A stretch of 64,000 nt of DNA from Podarcis filfolensis (lineage: Eukaryota). Below, piece after piece: positions 14,397 through 26,879 of the stretch; the first letter of the stretch is position 1, and the number at the start of each line of letters is the position of its first letter. Both the position numbers and the translations under genes were made by a program. The notes beneath the pieces were generated by a model. That model had not been told where the DNA came from. It was given only the letters and a program-made list of their open reading frames with translations, and did no database searches. The DNA lies in the NCBI GenBank assembly GCA_964270895.1, contig OZ185435.1; one strand, 5' to 3'.

Positions 14397-14591
14397 CTGT
14401 AGATATTTTCCCAGTACCTTTGTATTCTGGAAGAGGTACATGTGGATACCCATTGGCTGAACCCAATTCAGACAAGGAAATTTGATAAGGTGGTCTCAGC
14501 CTGATTTCTGTCTGCATGTCAGCAAGGTTTATCTTTGTTGACAGAGACCGTGGGTTGTTATATCTCTGCTTGGTTCTCTGAATGAAATTAT
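14397..14591 (-). CDS. SEC22A: SEC22A coding exon 3 of 6
   Basis: cacag|AT ... ACAG|gtgagt; 195 nt, (D)[64 protein letters not shown]. Confidence 0.95.
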
Positions 14592-15608
14592 CTGTGTAAA
14601 ATTAAAACAAAACCCCCTTAGACATATGTTAATAAAATCATCTGAGACCCCATGGCTTTATGGGCAATCTAAGTCTCTGAGACACATTTAAATTCATTAT
14701 TTGGAATTCTTACATCCATTGTGGAAGGTTTTAATATTGTTGCTACTTTATAACTAATATATCATGGGCTAATTAATTTTGCAGCACCAAAAAATTAAGC
14801 GCTAGGAATCTAATTATAAATAAACTAATGACTCATGCACTGACAAGCCTGAAAGTAGGGCTAATATAATTAATGAATTGCATTTTGTTTAGCTTTTCAT
14901 GCAATTCAGAATATATTCTTACAAAATAAAACAAGAGCTTGTTCTGAAAACAAGCCTGTTTTACTTCGACATACATAATATGAGAATTAACAGCATCCAT
15001 AATGATGAACTTTCTTTCCCAACAAAAGCATACGACTATACAGATGTAAGAGCAAAATACGTGCTTAAAGGGGAAAGCCCACAGGCTTCTTCATTTTCGA
15101 CATATTCTTAGGGCATCTGGAATCTAAGAAATTGGGGGAATCCCCAGCACAGCACACAGGGGGAGGAGAGGTGGGACTGTTGCATCTGGCAAGCTGAAAT
15201 GCTTGCATACAGAACATATCTCATACATAACACAATGAATTTCACCCTGTGATTCCACACACACACAAAAAAATCCTTCCTGGTTGTGGCATCACCTCTG
15301 GCTCCCTTCCTAGGAAGACCTACCTAAACCCACCGCTTCAAAATGTCATTAAACAGGTGAAAGCGCTCTCTCTTTTTTGGAAAGGTGCTGGAAGAATGGA
15401 CTATATATCATAGTAAAGGTTTGTGGCTCAAACAGTGGTTATGTTTAGATTTTAACTGCTAATTTTATCGTGTCAGCTGAGTAATAATAATAAAAAAGCT
15501 TTTTGTAAGCCACCTCGAACACTTTAGGGTGGAAAGATATGTTACAGTTATATATATATAAGATCTAAAACAAGTCCATCATTAAAGAAAGTGGTGAATT
15601 CTCTTTAC

Positions 15609-15772
15609 CGAACTCAATGAAACAGTATGGTCTAACAGCTGTATTTGTCTTCATCATGTTGTATGTGGTGATGAACTCCTTTTGAAGCTCATCCAGGAAA
15701 CAGAAGGCCAGGACACTGGGGTAATTTTCAGTGCAGAGCATCATGTAACTCACTCCCAAGGAACTAATAAAA
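15609..15772 (-). CDS. SEC22A: SEC22A coding exon 2 of 6 (longin domain)
   Basis: ttttgtag|T ... TTCG|gtaaag; 164 nt, (N)[54 protein letters not shown]. Confidence 0.96.
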
Positions 15773-17230
15773 CTACAAAACAGAACAAAAACATTTTAAA
15801 ATGTGTTTAATGTTTCAGAATTAAATTCATGCATCTACAGCTTGACTAGAGCAGCTCTCTGCTGTAAGAACAAGAAAAATGGCTCTGAGTGTAATGAAAG
15901 CATCAATATTCATGAGAAATTGTAACATTGTTTTCAAGAGGAAAAGGTCCCGGGTGTGTCCCACCACAAGTAAAAAGCAGAAGAGTACGAGGATTTTTCC
16001 TCTCTACAGTGGGAAGAAGGAAACAGATCAAAGAGGGCCTTCCCATCTTTAACCTCTGAATGTTTTAATTTTTGGTTGTGCATAAAAGGACATCTTCATT
16101 CCAAAACCCAAAACAAAAAAGCTCTTCAGAATTATCTTTATGAGCCAGAGAATGAAATCCTGCCCTAGCAATGATGCTTCTTCGTCAGTATTCAGTGATC
16201 GCATTAAAGGAACTCATCAGAAGCTGGAAAACTCCCCAGATCTAATTGAAATTCTGGCATATGCTTACACTCTTTATTTATTAAACATTCTGTTAAAACA
16301 CTGCATTAGTTCATCATTCCTTGTGCAATTCAAAACAATAATTCTAGGACAATTTTAGGTACATACTGTACATCTGACACTTTAAAAATAATTAGACTGA
16401 TATACTGATATACTAAACACCAGAGATTTATCAAGAGTTCTTAGGGAAGTTTGTTTATAAAGGTCAGTGCCAGAAATGTACACATCAGATAATAATACGA
16501 ATTATATAATTTTGAACTGTGAATATTGATTCTCTCCCCAACTCCATTTGCATCTACTTACAAATAATTCATTCCCCATTTGGTCTAGGGCTCACTTAAT
16601 TATTAAGATCATGAAACACACACACTGTAGCACACACACAAATAAACCATTCCAAAGTATAGTTTTGGTACAAGAAAAATGAAGGCAATGAGAAAGGTTT
16701 GAAATTTATGTTTTCAGCTTAAAGATACACATGGTTTTATGGCTGCTGTACACTGCTGTAATTTAATCCAGATAAACATAGTCCATCTAGGTGTGCATAA
16801 GGCATGCTGGGTTTTTCTATAACCTATTGGACAAAAAGAAAAAGCACTGCCAACAAACTCAGGGTCTTAGACACAAAATATATTGAAGTCTGTAGGAAAA
16901 TGAAAGAAAAACTATAGGCAGGAGTGACCCAACACTCTCAGCAGGTGAAGTCCCAACTGATATGCTTCAAAAACTAAAGGTAAACAACCAATGGAACAAA
17001 ATGGCATAATGTGCTATGACATCACACTACTGCTCCCACCATGTGTTCACAGCATATTTTGCCCCATTAGATTCATTTCATAAACACTTCAAAGGAAAAG
17101 CATCTCTGTTTCCAGAAGGGTAGTCCAAGGCTTGGCTGCCTATGATATACTAGGGTTTATGTCAGACCACTATATCAAGATAATCACTTGATTTGCCTTG
17201 TGATTAGTCTGCCGTTATATGCCTTATATA

Positions 17231-17541
17231 TCCACCCACATGGTTCAGCCTGGACACTGAGATCCAGCACCGAGGGCCTTCTGGCAGTTCTCTCACTGCA
17301 AGAAGTGAAGCAACAGGGAACCAGGCAGAGGGCCTTCTTGGTAGTGGCTCCCACCCTGTGAAATGCCCTCCCACCAGATGTCAAGAAGATGAGTAATTAT
17401 ATATCTTTTAGGAGACATCTGAAGGCAGCTCTTTCAGGTCTAATGTTTTCCTATGTTTTTATATGTGCTGGAAGCCCCCCAGAGGGGCGGGGACAACCCA
17501 GTAAGATAGGTGGGATGAAAATTATTGTTATTGTTATTATT
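17231..17541 (+). mobile_element. L2 LINE 3' fragment (ORF2 C-terminus, 3'UTR, (TTA/TTG)n tail)
   Basis: Encodes QGTRQRAFLVVAPTL*NALPPDVK...FRRHLKAALF, a typical L2 ORF2 end, followed by ggaagccccc...caacccagtaagat and an attattgttattg tail. Confidence 0.85.
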
Positions 17542-17689
17542 AAGCAATACTGAAACTATTTATTTTACTGTATAACAATTAAAATTTCATTACAATTAAA
17601 AACTGGGGAGCATTGAAGAGCTACATAAAACAGATTCTCCTCTCCCCACAAAAATGGGGATCCGAACAGACAAATTTAAAATAACTAGA

Positions 17690-17850
17690 AGACTGGCAGA
17701 AGAAAAATGTCTTAACCTCTTGTTTTAAAGATATCAGATATGGGGCCAGTCTAACCTTCTTTGGGAGGGAGTTCCACAGTTGAGATGCTGCCACCAAAAA
17801 GGCCCTGTCTCATGGCAGTGGAATGCAAAACAGGATCTCTGAGGATTACC
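17690..17850 (-). mobile_element. Older L2 LINE fragment
   Basis: Reverse complement reads agggcctttttggtggcagcatctcaactgtggaactccctccc, similar to the L2 RAF.VAA..LWNSLP motif. Confidence 0.6.
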
Positions 17851-18039
17851 ACAATTTATGTGTGTACATATATGAGGAATGAAGCAGTTGTACAAATGCC
17901 TTCATACTTAAGATTTATGAAAATACATCAGCACTTAAAGCTAACCTAGTTCCCCCCCAAAGCAAATAGTTGTTTCACTCCCTATTATAGCAGCCAACAG
18001 TTGTATATGAAACAAGATAAAATCCCAGATAAAACTTAC

Positions 18040-18221
18040 TTTAGGTTATACAGTCCTGCATGAAGTGTGCATCTATCAGGAAGCTGAGAAAGTCTCTTTG
18101 CAATAGTTTTGAAGTATTTTTGGCACTCCTGCACACCAACGTTTTGCTCATAATCAGTAGAAGCAGATAGAGGGAGTCCATCTCTCACACGGACCACCGA
18201 GGCAGACAGGATCATGGACAT
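18040..18221 (-). CDS. SEC22A: SEC22A first coding exon (exon spans 18243-18040 including 22 nt of 5'UTR)
   Basis: Acceptor ctgtttcag| at 18244/18243, ATG at 18221, [60 protein letters not shown], donor AA|gtaagt; 182 coding nt. The six exons sum to 927 nt = 308 aa + stop with consistent phases. Confidence 0.97.
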
Positions 18222-20044
18222 TGCCAGCAGGCACAAGGAAAATCTGAAACAGAACATACATATAGAGTTTGATTTACCTTTGCTTTCATTCACTACATTT
18301 CCAGTAAGTGTATTTCAGGGTTCTAGTAAAATCCCTGGTTCAACCTCTGAGAATATCCCATATGAAACTCTGGAGTGCCACAACCAGACAGTGTACTGTA
18401 CACAAAACTGAGCTAGTTGGATCTGACTTCCTATGCACCTAATCCTATTTCTTATATTCATATGGCATTTAGCAAACCATCACAAAAGTAATTCTGTCAC
18501 CACAACTGGGGGAAGAAGAGCAGTCACAAATTGTTCCAACCACAAAACTGCATCACCACTGAAATATATATAAGTGGGCCCTGCAACAAAATGTTGTAAA
18601 ATGTTTCTGTACAATATTCCAGCCAGCCATAGCCTCATCCAGGCTGCTCTGTTCTGTTTCACCCACTTTTCCATTCACTCACTCAATGAGTGACCACTAA
18701 GCATATTCAGCCTTAACTGAACTGTTTTGTGGAGACCGAATGGTCCCTAAGAATTTTTTGCTAACATTGGGGTTCTCCTGAACATGCTGGTGCCTCCCCT
18801 CCTGTTTCACAGTGTCCTTGCTTTGGCTGTCATCCTGCTTGCATTCATTTATAACTCCTGCAACAAATATTGCAGTGTGGAGTGCTCTTGTTCAGAGTTC
18901 TAGCCAGCCAATCAATCATGGCCTATTCCAGAACAGTCCTTTCCATTTCCCCTCTGCACTAGTTTGCATTCCCCACCTCCAGCAGTCAACCAGCATCGCA
19001 TGGTACACTGAGCTGACTTAGCCTCCCTCCTTTAAACACAGAGCCTGCCAATACCTTCCTCTTTTGCTTTTGGGGGCTACATAAGTTGGAGAATGAGTTT
19101 GCTCTTAGCATATGGGATTTGCTCCTAGCTGGATATTATTCCTAGCTGCGAGATATATGATATTTCATAATATGTGGAAAACAGGAAGAGCTTATTAAAA
19201 CATTCATAATGCAGAAGGTATCTCTAGTAATAACTCATAGCAGGCATTTAAAATGCCTACTAGGCAGTCTTTTTGTAAAATATCCCAAACTGTAATTAAG
19301 AAACACTCAAGTTTCTCTTTAAAGTACTCATAAAACTAGGAGAGCATTGTGAAACTTACCAAACAGAATGCTTTTGGTATCTACAGACTCCCACAATTCC
19401 ACTTGGGCACCACCCTAAAGTCAGTCAACCTGGAGAGCTGGGCAAGGATTATCACAGTTTGTGAATTGTCATCTGCACTGCTTCCCAGCTCCAGGGTTGC
19501 ATGCTGTTCCCTGAAGATGCTGCAAGTACATTAAAGCAGCAGCACTCAAGTACACTCAACCGCATGTACATTTCTCTTTTCCCTTGGGAAGGCCAGTGGG
19601 TGGAAGACAGATGTCAGCTGGAAAGAAGGTGGCAGATGAATGATAGGCAGGGAGTGGGCAACTAATTTTTTTGACATAGCTGCCAAGCCAGCCCAAAATT
19701 GTAGATCAAATGCAAATATGTCACTTATTCACTGAATAACATAGTCTGCCTGCCCAATTTCTTATGCATAACGGTACAAAACACTGCCCTAAGAATGAAT
19801 AGTAGCAAGTTACTTTTAAATGCCATTAATGAAACAAAGCCACATTTAGCTCAAACCACAGCTCACAAACCCACTTTTAACAATGGTTAGTGCCAAGCCA
19901 GTTTGCAACCATGGTTAGAAACATATTTGCAAATTGCAGTTTGATACAGTACAGATGTAACATGGGTTAAGCTTTGAAAATGAAAGGGAGAGGAAAATTC
20001 GCATACAAGAGGAGAAAGTTGTGTCTGAACCTGTGGGGCACGCA

Positions 20045-21215
20045 TAAATTCTTAACCATTATGAATGATTAAGAAGCATTATGAATGTGCCAGCCAAAGT
20101 GTTTTTGTCAGCTTTTTTAAAGAAAACAATGGTTGCACATGGAGAGAGATGCAACTGGAAGTACCAGTGTATCTGTTCCTCGAAAACAAACTAAAGAAAA
20201 TCCTCACAACACTAAATAGGTTCACAGAATCTATGCTTAAAGTATGGAAGGAGAAAGCAGGTAAAGTGCCCCCAACCCCATTAACCCCCTTGCCCACCAC
20301 CCACTATTCCACCAAGCAACCCACAGCATCCAAACAAAAACATGGCAAGTCAAAGGTTTACACAGCCTAACAGACTTCTACAAAAATGACAAACCCATAC
20401 TAACACAAAAAATAAAAGACAAACTAGGGAAAACTAGGTGTCCCCTAGTTTGTATACCCTGGCTGACCCAACACCAACTGCACACCTTCTTAAATAACCC
20501 AGCAGTCAAAGGACTCTGAACACCTTCGATAAACTTCTAACAGAGGGACACAGCAAGGGGATGGAATCCACAATATACAAACTACTACTAAAACCCTACA
20601 AAACTGTGTTCAAAACTCTGTTTAAACTATGGTCTAAACCATCCTTTAAGTCCATCTCAACCAAAAGAAGAGAACTGACTTTGAAACTAATTTATAGATG
20701 GTACCTAACACCTCGGGATGCGGGTGGCACTGTGGGTTAAACCACAGAGCCTAGGGCTTGCTGATCAGAAGGTCGGCAGTTCGAATCCCCGTGACGGGGT
20801 GAACTCCCGCTGCTCGGTCCCTGCTCCTGCCAACCTAGCAGTTCGAAAGCATGAAGTGCAACTAGATAAAAATCTTCTCTGGCGGGAAGGTAAACGGCGT
20901 TTCTGTGCACTGCTCTGATTCGCCAGAAGTGGCTTAGTCATGCTGGCTACATGACCTGGAAGCTGTACGCTGGCTCCCTCGGCCAATAAAGCGAGATGAG
21001 CGCCGCAACCCCAGAGTCGTCCGCGACTGGACCTAATGGTCAGGGGTCCCTTTACCTCTACCTTTAACACCTTGGAAGCTGGTGCTGATACACCCAGGAA
21101 GCTCACCTAAATGCTGGAGAGGCTGCACCACTACAGGCACATACCTCTGAAAACACAGACGTTGTATGTACCCTTGTTAACCATTAAAATCCTTTAATAA
21201 AAACAATTTTTAAAA
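20045..21215 (+). mobile_element. L1/Tx1-clade LINE ORF2 C-terminal relic, interrupted by a Sauria SINE
   Basis: Removing the SINE and one TSD copy restores LTLKLIYRWYLTP|WKLVLIHPGSSPKCWRGCTTTGTYL, resembling the Cys-rich C-terminal (zf-RVT-like) region of L1-clade ORF2. A-rich sense strand, ending near ttaataaaaacaattttt. Confidence 0.7.
20714..21064 (+). mobile_element. Sauria SINE (Squam1-type), full length
   Basis: tRNA-like head (tggcactgtgg A box, gttcgaatcc B box), body shared with three other copies, (tttacc)n-type tail, 8-bp TSD taacacct at 20706-20713 and 21065-21072. Confidence 0.92.
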
Positions 21216-24200
21216 GGCAATGTAATGGTGTGTTCTGTAAGACACTAGAACTAGACTGGTTTTGTTCATGAGGCTAAAATAGTTTAACTGCACATCTGTC
21301 AGTTTAAATGGCCTGTAATTCAGATGCAACATGTGTTCCAACAGTTCACTTACAAGATTGCATACCGTATAAACAAATTTCCTACAATAAAAAAGTCCAT
21401 GGGTTCAGTCTTAATACTATTCTAACTAGAAAGAGATTTTTCCTCCTATCCTTATCCAAATTTCCATAAATCAAAATTAATCTTACATGAGAAAACAAAG
21501 TATAATTCTGGTGACCTTATTATATAATGCAATTTCTGTTATTTTGAAACAATTCTGCAACGTATAAAGCTAGTACAGAATCTCCTTTTCTCTCAGTAGG
21601 TTTTTGTATTTTAGGACCAGAGATACAAAAAAAAAAAAAATCCCAAATACTAGGGAACTGGAGGTGGTTAGAGCTTCACAGGACTAGATCTATTTTACAA
21701 AATCTTCCCTAAATCCTGGATAAACAGCATTCATTTCCTTTGAACTCCTATTTATGCAAAGGCAAATTAGTCACTCTTCCAAAAGATAAGCCTCCCTAAA
21801 ACCGGCAAGCTGTTTTCCATGCATTACCAGATGATAGTAGCACAAAGCTGTATTTAGCTACAGCCCTATCTCATATCATTAGTCAAAGGGGTTCTAAGTG
21901 AAACCGTGCTCATACCTCATTGCATGATATAAAATGTGCTTGTGGATTAAATTCGCCTGTGAGCTGCTCCTCTATTATGTATATCATTTGAGAATGCTAT
22001 TATCCTGTTCTCTCCATTCTTACATCTTGCACTTTTAGAAATACTCTGGTTGCTTCCAGATGAACTGTTTATTGAGCATTTATCCTTATTAATATGCACA
22101 AAGATTGTGGGGAGGTTAGAAGATGTTGGCTACTTACCGAGCATTCATTTTGATTAATATACGGGGAAGTTACATGACGTCAAGCAATCATCATTCCCCA
22201 CTTTCCAGTGCATCCAATCACTTTCCTTATTGTGAAATGTCTGATTTGAGGGAAAGAGTGGGTTTGCCGTGCAAGAGTCCTCATCAACTTGAATTGCATA
22301 ACTTGGATTTGCCAGTGTGTGAAATAATAGCAACAGTTTAAAAAGCTCCCTCTGAGACAGACTACCATATGCGCTGCTACCCACAAGTAGAGCTCCTATG
22401 TGTATAATCATCCCCATTTTTTTCTGTGCGGAAGACAGCTCCACTCAAGAGAGTGAGGACATCTTCACAGGCTGCAGCACTCCATATTTGCTTTGGAGCA
22501 CCACTCCTCAATCACTTGGTCAGTTTCCTTGGCATTACACCTCCAAATGTGTGGCTAAATTGGCCTCTGCTCAGGGATAAACTATGCAATGTTAAATGTG
22601 TGTCTGACTTAAACTTCTCTTAAAATGTACTAACCATCCACTTGGGAGGGGACTGAAAATCACTGGGATCACAGCAGATGTGGAGCATTCTCCAGATGTG
22701 CTCTCTGCATTAAGGGATAGCTCCCAAAGTACCAATGGGAACTTTACAGGTTTTCACGAAATTATTTCCATTGTAACTGCAAGGCAGAAAATGGGTAAAC
22801 TCTCCCTCCACATCTCCTCCATCCCAATATTTATCAGCCATTCAGCTGCTAATAGCATTTTTTAAAAATCTGTATATTAAAGGCAAAGACTGCCATATCT
22901 AGTTTGCCCCTCAGAAAATGAAACATACACAGCAAAGTGTTGAAGCAGCATTGCAAGTTGGTTCAGAGTAAGGGTGGCTTACATATCAGGACAGAAGAGG
23001 GTCCGGAAATATATAAATGAGTGATGGGAGACCCTAAAAGTTAAGCTGTCAGTAATCTTACAGAAATATATTTGGGTGAAAATATTTAGTACTCAGACAA
23101 TTTCAATAAATTACTATCACAGGGTTGTCTAACACTCTAATGGTAGCGAAATAAGTTCAAAGCAAGATGAAAGAAAGGTGGGTTTTGCAGACTGTTGGGG
23201 GACATGTGTGTAAGAACAGAAAACTTATTGGTCACACATTCTGCTAATAATATAACAATATACTTAAGCTCATATTTCTCCAAACCAAAAATTAAGTTTA
23301 ATAACACATTGTGTTCAGTGGGGCCTACTCCCTTGGGAGTGTGTTTAGGATTATGCCTAAAGGTTTTCTGAAACAACTATTCCTGAAAGAAAAGGGCACT
23401 GTTACAGCTATACTTTTATTTGCAACGTACTGTACTGGAAAACTAAGGAGACAATTTCTTTTTCCATCTCTGAAAGAATGGTATAGAAAATTATGGGGCA
23501 AAGAAACCATGAATAAAATTACATAATATATTTTTGTGTTAGAGAAGAGAAACAAAATTGATGTGTTTGGAGAAGAATGGAAATGGCTTAGAAACTGCTG
23601 GAATGCTGAACGAAGTATTATTAAGCAAAATCCTTTTCCTTATTATAAGGTTTCTCCTTTAGTGTCCTTATGTTTATGTTTGAATGATTTTTTTCCTATG
23701 TAAATTTGAGATGTGTATGAATACATCCTTTTAAAAACTTTTGGCTTTCTCAGAAACATAATAAATAAAGTAATGGGATGCATGACAATTGCTTTTAAAA
23801 TAATACTGTGGATAGACAGCCTGTATTATGGTACATAGTGATACACAGAAGGCAGTAAATCATGTGCCAATACTGGCAGATATTACAGTTGTCTGGCTAA
23901 CATTTTATTATGTTGTTCTTCATAAGCCCACATAGGCAAGTATAATGGCTGAAATCTGTTATTTAATAATGTGTTCAATTGTGTTGACTGGCAGTCCTTT
24001 CAGCAACCTAAAAGGGGCTTGCATTAACAACGGACTGTTATGTTATTTTTCATTATTTACAATAAAATAGGCTTGTAATCAGCCACTTGCCTGTTTGCCT
24101 CATGGTGACTAAGGGTTGACTCCAAGGTCCCAGCTGAATCTCCATTGCTTTGAAGCTATAACCACAAATGCAGCTGCCATAGCTCTGAACCATATTTTCA

Positions 24201-24272
24201 CTAGGCTATGCTCACGTTTCCAGTCTCAATATTCGTATCTTGAAAGGTGGAAGACAGCCCCATACTTTAAGG

Positions 24273-24402
24273 CAAGGATAGGGAACCTGTAACTTACTAT
24301 CCAGATGTTGCAGGACTAGAACTACAGTTGTCCCTGACTGGCTGAGGCTCATGGGAGCTGGTATTCAACAGCATATGGAGGGCTATAGGTTCCCTATCTC
24401 TG
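24273..24402. mobile_element. Short hAT-like non-autonomous TIR element (MITE)
   Basis: TIRs caaggatagggaacct / aggttccctatctctg and internal ccagatgttg...caacagcatatggaggg symmetry. No clear TSD. Confidence 0.65.
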
Positions 24403-24482
24403 AGAAACACTGAAGCTAAAATCATATGCACACTTACCTATGAGCAAGTCCCACCTAAAAGTCAGTCATTGTATTGCCAATA

Positions 24483-24709
24483 CAGTGGTACCTCGGGTTA
24501 CATACGCTCCAGGTTACATACACTTCAGTTACAGACTCTGCTAACCCAGAAATAGTACCTCGGGTTAAGAACTTTGCTTCAGGATGAGAACAGAGATCGT
24601 GTGGCAGCGGGAGGCCCCATTAGCTAAAGCGGTGCTTCAGGTTAAGAACAGTTTCAGGTTAAGAACGGACCTCCGAAACAAATTGCGTATGTAACCAGAG
24701 GTACCACTG
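24483..24709 (+). mobile_element. Tc1/mariner (Tigger/pogo-like) MITE, copy 1
   Basis: TIRs cagtggtacctc(g/t)ggttacatacgc at both ends, TA TSD at 24481-82 and 24710-11. Strand is arbitrary. Confidence 0.9.
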
Positions 24710-25740
24710 TACAAGTTGGAGCCTGGATAGCTGAAGGAGCATTTGCTTCCATACAGACCTACCATACTTGTTTGTAAAGATCATCAAAGGAGGCTCTCTA
24801 ATGGTGTCACCACTGGCTGTGGCACAGAATGCGGGAACCTAAGCAAGGGCCTTTCTTGTGGTTGCATCCGTTTCACAGAACTCCTTCTGCTTTGAAATAT
24901 GCTTGGTGCAGATTGTGCTGGATTTCAACACCTGCTTCAGACTTAGCTCTTTACCTCAACTTTTGCTATTATTATTTCATTTTAGTAACTGCTTGCTACG
25001 TAAGGACTTCCTAAGCAACTTGCAAAATTTTAAGAGCATAAACATAAAGCAGAGCATAAAATAAGGAAAAGTAACAATACATAACAATTAAAGAACCCTA
25101 TATTCCATAAATCAGACCCAGCTTGAAATAGTATTTATTGCTGGCTGCAGTGGGTATAATTTTATAATGGTTTTAATATGTATTTTATCCTATTACATTT
25201 TGTGAACCACTCTGGTTTTACTTAGCTGAAAACCAATGTATAAATAGCTTTAAATAAACTAACAAACTCATTCTTTGGGACTTCCTTCTGAGTACATATA
25301 CAAAGGATTACACTTAAAATCAAACTACATTTAGCAATCCCACTGACAGTCAATAAAATTTCAAAGGAGTCAAATGAAAAGTTTTTTATAGGACAAGATA
25401 ACAATGAATCTCATGTAAACCACTGAAGGAGGAAAAATTATTTCACTTTAACACCATTTTTAACACTGCAGCACCATTTATTTGCAACAACATGTAAGAA
25501 ATAGAGTGATCTCTCCTTGATTGAACAACTTCCTCTTAGCAAACTTAAAGGAATACACTTGTAGCTTTTTGAGTTAACACTATAGAATACTGTTACCATT
25601 TGAAGAGAGTTGCATTAATGTAACCTCAGGGATACACAGCTCAGAGTACCATATGGCCAAATCAGTAATTACCACAGTATTATTACATTCATTAAGCAAT
25701 AACAGCATGCTCAAGAAGCTGAGGCCTAACCCACAGCGGT

Positions 25741-25928
25741 AAGGAAGAACTTCCTGGCATGTACTCCCTCAGGATGTGGTGGACTCTCCTTCATTTCAGG
25801 TTTTTAAACAGAGGCTGGATGGCTATCCATTAGGGATTCTTTAGATGTGATTCCTGCATTGCAGGGGGTTGGACTAAATGACCCTTGGGGTGCCTTCTAA
25901 CTCTGCAGTTCTATAATTCTATGATTCT
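25741..25928 (+). mobile_element. CR1 LINE 3' end
   Basis: aaggaagaacttcctg...tttttaaacagaggctggat...gggggttggactaaatgaccc...ttctataattctatgattct, with the CR1 (ATTCTRTG)n-type tail. Confidence 0.85.
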
Positions 25929-25939
25929 ACTGTACCTTT

Positions 25940-26301
25940 GGGACGCGGGTGGCGCTGTGGTCTAAACCACAGAGCCTAGGGCTTGCCAATCAGAAGGTCG
26001 GCGGTTTGAATCCCCACAATGAGGGGATGAGCTCCCATTGCTCGGTCCCTGCTCCTGCCAACCTAGCAGTTCAAAAGCATTTCAAAGTGCAAGTAGATAA
26101 ATAGGTACCTCTCCAGCGGGAAGGTAAATGGCGTTTCCGTGTGCTGCTCTGGTTTGCCAGAAGCGGCTTAGTCATGCTGGCCACATGACCCGGAAGCTGT
26201 CTGCGGACAAACGCCAGCTCCCTCGGCCTATAGAGCGAGATGAGCGCGCAACCCCAGAGTCGTCTGTGACTGGACCTTACGGTCAGAGGTCCCTTTACCT
26301 T
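25940..26301 (+). mobile_element. Sauria SINE, full length
   Basis: Starts gggacgcgggtggcgctgtgg, ends ccctttacctt; 12-bp TSD tactgtaccttt at 25928-25939 and 26302-26313. Confidence 0.92.
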
Positions 26302-26879
26302 TACTGTACCTTTACTAACCACTTAATAACTTGCCACAACCATATCTACAACAATTGCCCTAAAACGTCACAGCATTTCCCCCCCAGTATCATATTAGGG
26401 AAGGCTGAGGGAAGGGTTCCCTCACCCCCTTTTATTTCAATAAATCATAAAGCAACAAACAGTCTCATTAAATCCCCCACTAGAAGCACCCTGCATGGAA
26501 GGGCAAGGGGGGGGCAAAGGGCACCCTTCTTTTCCACAACTACCAAGAGGCCTTGCACTCAGAAATGCAGTTTTTAGTGGTAGGCCTAAAATCCTAAATA
26601 TACATCCCTTCCCAAAGCTCATTATGCGAGAGCACTTCCTTCTCCAAATCCTCCCCAATACGCCTTTTGCCAAAACCCTAGAGGGGGGTATGCGAATCAC
26701 AAACACACACCCAGCTACATTAGCTCAGGTATTTAAGGGCAGAGTCACTCCCTCTCCCCCCCCCCGCCTTGCCCTCTGGCACAGTTACAGTGCCTTGAAT
26801 TGCTGCATGGCGGGCAAAACATCCAACAGCTGCAGCGTTTCCCTCCCACCCCTAGAGAGAAAACTTCCCCTGGTGAACT

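Noticed and set aside
26500-26522. G-quadruplex-capable run gggcaaggggggggcaaaggg
   Set aside because: G-runs are common throughout this window and nothing indicates function for this one.
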